From positions 384,001 through 448,000 of the forward strand of contig CAVZJB010000016.1 of NCBI GenBank assembly GCA_963775425.1: a DNA stretch of 64,000 nucleotides. Direction: 5' to 3'. Shown piece after piece: positions 59,135-64,000 of this stretch (its first letter is position 1; every line of letters begins with the position of its first letter). Position numbers and translations under genes: made by a program. Below the pieces are notes generated by a model, which did not search any database, was not told the DNA's origin, and was given only the letters and a program-made list of their open reading frames with translations. Source of the stretch: an uncultured delta proteobacterium. GTDB taxonomy: Bacteria > Myxococcota > UBA727 > VGSZ01.

Positions 59135-60676
59135 TCACTCGAGCCGCTCGGCCGCCGAGCACGCCGGGGCCACGCGAGCCGAGCAGGCCTGGGCGAGGAT
59201 GGGGCGGGCGTGGGCGATGGCGTCGCCGCCGACCTTCTTGGCGACGCGCGCGGCGCCGGAGCAGGCGGCGGCGTTGCCGAGCGAGCAGCCCTTGGCGAAG
59301 GCGTCGAGCGCCGCGGTCTTGTCCACGGGGCCGCCGCGGCCCTTCTCGAGGTCGAGGCCGGCCTCGGCGCACGCGCGGGGGTAGCCGGCGCGGCAGCCGA
59401 GGGCGAAGAAGTAGCGGGCCTTGTCGTCGTCTTTGGCGGCGCCCCGGGCGTAGCGGCCGCCGGCCTTGAAGCAGGCGTGGGCGTTGGCGTCGTCCTCGCA
59501 GGCGCGCTCGGTGTCGTCGAGGGCGATGCGGCGGACGCCCGGGCGGACGGCCTTGGCGGGCTTGTGGAACCCGGCGAGCTCGGCGCAGGCCTCCCTGTCG
59601 CCGCCCTTGCAGTCCTTGCCGAGCACCATCGACACCACCTGGTCCATGGGGCGCTTGGCGCTCTTGGCGAGGGCGAGGCTGCTCTCGTGGGCGCAGGCGA
59701 CGTCGTCGCCTTTGTGGCAGGCCTTCTTGAGCATCTTCTTGGCCAGGGTCTCGTCGCGGGGCACGAAGTGGCCGACCAGGAGGGCGTCGCCCATGCGGCG
59801 GCAGCTCGCGGCGTCGTCGAGGCCGCAGGCCTTCTCGAGGAGGGCCCAGGCGCCGTCGACGACGCCCTGCACGCGGCCGAACAGCTCGGCGGCCCCGAGG
59901 GCGGCGCAGGCGCCGGCCTGCTCGCCGACGCACGCAGTGGCGAGCGGCCCGGCGGCGCGGCCCGGGTGCGAGGACGCGAGGAGGCGGGCGCCGACGCGAG
60001 CGCACGCCTTGACATCGTCGGCGGCGCAGCGGCGGCGGTCGATGGTGCGGAGCATCTCTGCGCTCAGCTCGACCTTGAGGCCGAGCTCGCCGGCCTCGTC
60101 GCACGCGGACGAGACACCGAGGCGGCAGCCCTTGGCGAGCCACTTGGCCGCGAGCACGGGGTCTTTGTCGACGTGGCGTCCGGTCTTCAGGGCCTCGCCG
60201 TAGGCGACGCAGCCGGAGCCGTCGGCGGCGCCGTCGTCGAGCTCGCAGCTCTTGCGCAGGAGGGCGACCCCCTCCCGCGGCGAGCGGCCGTCGACGCGGC
60301 CGTCGAAGAGGATCTCGGCGGCGTTCTCGCAGCCCTTCGCGCTGCCCTTGTCGCAAGCGCGCTCGAACAAGCCGAGCACCGACCGCCAGTCGCGGTTGCC
60401 GTCGAGCGCGCGCTCGCGGACGAAGACGCCGTGGGCGTTGCAACTGTCGGCGTCGCCCTTGCGGCAGCCGCGCACGAACAGGACGTCGCCGCGGGCGGGG
60501 TCGGCGGCCACGCCGACGCCGTCGACGAGCATGTTTCCCCACACCAGGCACGCGTGGGCGTCGCCGCTGTCGCAAGCGCGCGCGCAGCCGGTGGCGTCCC
60601 CGAGGCGACAGGTGGCGTCCGCGTGGGCGGCGGCGGCGGCGAGGGCGGCGAAGGCGAGGAGGATGGTGGCGCGCAC
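59135..60676 (-). CDS. Exported Sel1-like repeat (Cys-rich) protein
   Basis: Signal peptide ending AHA; many KAC/RAC-xxG-xxxAC repeats. Confidence 0.85.
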   Translation of the reverse strand: MRATILLAFAALAAAAAHADATCRLGDATGCARACDSGDAHACLVWGNMLVDGVGVAADPARGDVLFVRGCRKGDADSCNAHGVFVRERALDGNRDWRSVLGLFERACDKGSAKGCENAAEILFDGRVDGRSPREGVALLRKSCELDDGAADGSGCVAYGEALKTGRHVDKDPVLAAKWLAKGCRLGVSSACDEAGELGLKVELSAEMLRTIDRRRCAADDVKACARVGARLLASSHPGRAAGPLATACVGEQAGACAALGAAELFGRVQGVVDGAWALLEKACGLDDAASCRRMGDALLVGHFVPRDETLAKKMLKKACHKGDDVACAHESSLALAKSAKRPMDQVVSMVLGKDCKGGDREACAELAGFHKPAKAVRPGVRRIALDDTERACEDDANAHACFKAGGRYARGAAKDDDKARYFFALGCRAGYPRACAEAGLDLEKGRGGPVDKTAALDAFAKGCSLGNAAACSGAARVAKKVGGDAIAHARPILAQACSARVAPACSAAERLE

Positions 60677-60796
60677 GCGGGACGTATCGGAGCCGCGCGC
60701 GCCCGCTCTCTCAGCCGATCGACTGTCGCACCGTCACCGGGCCGATGCTCCCGGCGGATCGCTGTGGAGCGATGTGCGCGGCTCGCGCACCACCCG

Positions 60797-61405
60797 TCAG
60801 GTCTTGGTGACCTGGTTGAAGTCGAGCTCGACGGGCGTGGAGCGCCCGAAGATGGTGACGTGGACGCGCACCTTCTGCTTGGCGTGGTTCACTTCCTCCA
60901 CGCTGCCGTTGAAGTTGGCGAACGGCCCCTCCACGACGCGGACGTTGTCACCGGACTCGAAGTCGATCTTGGGCACCGGCTTTTGCGCCGTCTCCGTGAG
61001 CTGCTGGGTCATGGCCAGCACCTGCTTCTCGGGGACCGAAGGGACGTTGGGCTCGTCGCCCGCCTTCTTCTTGTCCTCGCCGATGAAGCCCGTGACCTTG
61101 GGCGTGTTCTTGACGAGGTGCCAGGTGGTCCGGTTCATCTCCATCTGCACGAAGATGTAGCCGGGCGCGAACTTGCGCTTCTGCGTGCGCTTCTGGCCGT
61201 TGCGCTGCTCCTCGACGGTCTCCATCGGGATGAGGATCTCGCCGAAGACGAACTCGAGCGCCTTTTGCTTGATCTGCTCCTCGAGGGACTTCTTGGCGCG
61301 GTTCTCGAAGCCCGAGTACGTGTGGACGACGTACCACTTGAGCTTGTCGCTCTTGGGCTGTTCGGGCGGCTGCGCTGCGGCGGCTTCGTTCATCGTGGTG
61401 TTCAT
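60797..61405 (-). CDS. nusG: Transcription termination/antitermination factor NusG
   Basis: KWYVVHTYSGFE, PGYIFVQM, VKNTPKVTGF, GPFANF, IFGRSTPVELDF. Confidence 0.98.
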   Translation of the reverse strand: MNTTMNEAAAAQPPEQPKSDKLKWYVVHTYSGFENRAKKSLEEQIKQKALEFVFGEILIPMETVEEQRNGQKRTQKRKFAPGYIFVQMEMNRTTWHLVKNTPKVTGFIGEDKKKAGDEPNVPSVPEKQVLAMTQQLTETAQKPVPKIDFESGDNVRVVEGPFANFNGSVEEVNHAKQKVRVHVTIFGRSTPVELDFNQVTKT

Positions 61406-61788
61406 ACGTGGGTGGCCAGCCAGTTGCTGAGGATCTGGAAGGTGATGTCGAAGACGCCGAGGATCATCGCGGAGAGCACCGACGTGACGATGACGACGAG
61501 CGTGGACGTCTTGGTCTCCGGCCAGTCGGGCCAGTTCACCTTGTAGAGCTCGTCGGCGACGTGGTCGACGAAGTCCTTGCTCTTGGGCCACACGTAGCAG
61601 CCGATGGTGATGGCGGCGGCGAGCGCGACGCCGATGGCGCGCGTGAGCGTGACGCGGTCACCGAGCAGCGGCGTGTCGTTGATGCGCAGGGTGCCGAAGA
61701 GCGTGGCGCACGCCGTGGCCAGCACCCAGGCGAGGATGATCCCCGCGAAGACGTAAAAGATTCCAACCAGAGTCGCCTTGGCTTTCAT
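61402..61788 (-). CDS. secE: Preprotein translocase subunit SecE (3-TM type)
   Basis: ELYKVNWP...T..ST.VVI; between tRNA-Trp and nusG. Confidence 0.92.
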   Translation of the reverse strand: MKAKATLVGIFYVFAGIILAWVLATACATLFGTLRINDTPLLGDRVTLTRAIGVALAAAITIGCYVWPKSKDFVDHVADELYKVNWPDWPETKTSTLVVIVTSVLSAMILGVFDITFQILSNWLATHV

Positions 61789-61810
61789 CGCCTGAGAACC
61801 TCGATGCGAA

Positions 61811-61886
61811 TGGCAGGCCGTGCAGGACTTGAACCTGCAACCCCCGGTTTTGGAGACCGGTGCTCTACCAATTGAGCTAACGACCT
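61811..61886 (-). tRNA. trnW: tRNA-Trp (CCA)
   Basis: AGGTCGTTAGCTCAATTGGTAGAGCACCGGTCTCCAAAACCGGGGGTTGCAGGTTCAAGTCCTGCACGGCCTGCCA, 76 nt, with encoded CCA end. Confidence 0.98.
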
Positions 61887-62052
61887 ATCGACTGCCCCTG
61901 GATGGCGCCGTTTCGCCTGCGCGTCAATGCCTACGGGGCTGCGGAACGCCGGTTCACCCTCGGAACCCGGCGATCCGCGGGCGCGGCGCGCGGACGGGGC
62001 TCCGGCGCTGGCACCGCGGTTGCCTCGCGCCGCGGACCTTCCGGAGGTCCGC

Positions 62053-63658
62053 ATGTTTCGCTGGCTCATCGCATCGATCCTGTTCACCACCCCCGCCCTC
62101 GCCGGCGAGCGGCTGCTCGTCAAGGGGAGCCTCGACCGCGTCGACGTCCCGCTGCGCGTCGAGAAGAAGACGCTCTTCGGCTGGGCCGTCGTCGACGCCC
62201 CCGACGGCGCCGCCGCCCGCATCGCGGCCGCGCCCGGCGTGAAGGCCGTGGAGCCCGCGCGCCGGCTCAAGGCGCTGCGGACGCCCAACGACCCGGGCTT
62301 CCGCGCGCTGTGGGGCTTCCGCGCCGTCGAGGCCGAGGCCGCCTGGGACATCACCACCGGCAGCGCCGGGCAGCGCGTCGGCGTCGTCGACACGGGGATC
62401 CGGCGCGACCACGTGGACCTCGCCGCCAAGGACGCGGCGGGCTTCGACTTCGTGTCCGACCCCGGGGACGCCGGCGACGGCGATGGCCGGGACGCCGACT
62501 ACAGCGACGAAGGCGGCGACGACGAGTTCCACGGCAGCCACGTCGCCGGCACCATCGCCGCGCGCGGCAACGACCGCCACGGCGTCCCCGGGCTCAACTG
62601 GCGCGCCAAGCTCGTCACCGCGCGAGCGCTCGGGACCTCGGGCGGCGGCGACATCGTGGACATCATGGAGGCGGCCGCGTGGCTCGCCGGCTTCTCCGTC
62701 GACGGCGTCCCGGACGTGGGCGACGACAGGGTCTCGGTGATCAACATGAGCCTGGGCGCCGCGGGGCCGTGCAGCGCCTTCGAGCGCGACGTCACCGGGC
62801 AGATCCTCGACGCCGGCGTGGTGCTCGTGGCCGCCGCGGGGAACGACGGCGGGGCGACGGGATCGCCGGCGAGCTGCCCGGGGGTGATCGCGGTGGGCGC
62901 CGTGGACGCGGATTCTGACGCTCGCGTCGTACTCGAGCTTCGACGCGCGCACCGACGTCCTCGCCCCCGGCGGCGACATGGAGCTGGCCGAGGAAAACGG
63001 CGTCCTCTCCGTCGACGGCGCCACCACCGGCGGCACCAGGTACCTCGAGGGGACCTCGATGGCGGCGCCGCACGTCGCCGGAGTGGTGTCCCTGATGCAG
63101 GCGGTGAACCCGGCGCTGTCGCCGGCTGACATCCGGGCGATCCTCGTCGACAGCCCCTACACCTGCGAGCGCTGCGACGACCGCGCCTTCCTGCAGGCCG
63201 ACGACGCCGTCGCCCGCGCCCGCGACGCGGCTTCCCCGAGCGCCGGCGCGCCGGCCGACGCGAGCGCCGACCCGCCCGACGGCGCGTCCGGCGACGACGG
63301 CGCGGACGAGGCCGCCTGCGATCCCTCGCGCGGAAACTGGGACTGCCCCGCCGGCACCGGCTGCCGGGACGGCGTGTGCGCGGCCGGCGTCCAGGGGCGT
63401 GCGCGCCTGGGCGAGGGCTGCACCGTCGACGACGACTGCAACAGCGGCCTGTGCGACCGCCCGGCGGGGGAGCGCGGCGAGTGCACCAAGCCCTGTGACA
63501 GCGGCTGCCCCGCCGGCGACACCTGCGAGCCGGGCGTCATCCCCGGCGGGCTCTGCCGCGCCCCGGCCCCGGAGAGCTGCGCGGCGAGCGGCGCCGACGG
63601 CTTCGCCGCCCTCGCCCTCGCTGCGATCATGCGACGACGCCGGCGCCCCCGCGCCTGA
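62053..63658 (+). CDS. Subtilisin-like S8 protease with Cys-rich tail and MYXO-CTERM-like tag; +1 frameshift at ~62913
   Basis: VVDTG, HGSHVAGTIAA, AAGN in one frame; GTSMAAPHVAG in the next frame. Deleting one T restores VDADLTLASYSSFDARTDVLAPGG. Ends SCAASG...AIMRRRRR. Confidence 0.88.
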
Positions 63659-63680
63659 GCGCGGCGACACCGGCGTCTCG

Positions 63681-63702
63681 AGGCGCCCCGCCCGGGGCGC
63701 CT
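63681..63702. terminator. GC-rich hairpin between the convergent S8 and tuf genes
   Basis: AGGCGCCCC-gccc-GGGGCGCCT. Confidence 0.5.
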
Positions 63703-63715
63703 GGCGGCCGAACGC

Positions 63716-64000
63716 CTACTCGATGATCTCGGTGACCACCCCGGAGCCCACCGTGCGGCCACCCTCGCGGATGGCGAAGCGGAGCTGGGCGTCCATGGCG
63801 ACCGGGGTCAGGAGCTCGACGGTCATCTGCACGTTGTCGCCGGGCATGACCATCTCGGTCCCTTCCTTGAGGGTGATGGTGCCGGTGACGTCGGTGGTGC
63901 GGAAGAAGAACTGCGGCCGGTAGTTGGTGAAGAACGGCTTGTGGCGGCCGCCCTCCTCCTTGGTCAGCACGTAGACCTCGCACTTGAACTTCTTGTGCGG
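63716..64000 (-). CDS. tuf: Elongation factor Tu (C-terminal part, 5' end outside the window)
   Basis: [25 protein letters not shown]...MVMPGD...[13 protein letters not shown]. Confidence 0.98.
   Translation of the reverse strand, partial: PHKKFKCEVYVLTKEEGGRHKPFFTNYRPQFFFRTTDVTGTITLKEGTEMVMPGDNVQMTVELLTPVAMDAQLRFAIREGGRTVGSGVVTEIIE

Noticed and set aside
62900-62930. Programmed ribosomal frameshifting in the S8 protease, cyclase or aaRS-like gene
   Set aside because: No canonical slippery heptamer or evident stimulator; single-base sequencing error or mutation is more parsimonious
61811-63715. Genomic island integrated at tRNA-Trp
   Set aside because: No integrase and no duplicated tRNA 3' end seen; the inserted gene lies on the 5' side of the tRNA

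Overview
Very GC-rich chromosomal segment. It is most consistent with a Myxococcota (myxobacteria-like) genome, based on MYXO-CTERM tags, Hanks-type kinases, Cys-rich lipoproteins and DAG/GE linkers. The housekeeping genes are nrnA(DHH)-truB, mdh-sdhCAB, and a fragmented tuf...tRNA-Trp-secE-nusG...rplK-rplA-rplJ-rplL cluster with no adjacent rpmG or rpoB. These are interleaved with many surface or secreted proteins. The best candidate for an undescribed system is at 31520-44202. It has a Kelch lipoprotein, then a ~2400-aa protein in which a Calx-beta adhesin ends in an INTERNAL MYXO-CTERM tag followed by a second signal peptide and a TraB-like barrel/TSP3/OmpA module (a putative self-processing adhesin+anchor polyprotein), then a translationally coupled multi-TM class III cyclase. 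Other notable items: a transglutaminase-elicitor-like/P-domain protein, a HisRS-like catalytic-domain paralog where rpoB usually sits, a stand-alone LeuA/CimA regulatory domain, a pseudokinase, a collagen-stalked diheme cytochrome, recurrent -10 boxes 6-8 nt before start codons (leaderless mRNAs), and three single-base frameshifts, two of them the same GGATC->GGATTC change. No CRISPR array, transposase, integrase or rRNA was seen. All family calls come from motif recognition by eye and were not searched against databases.
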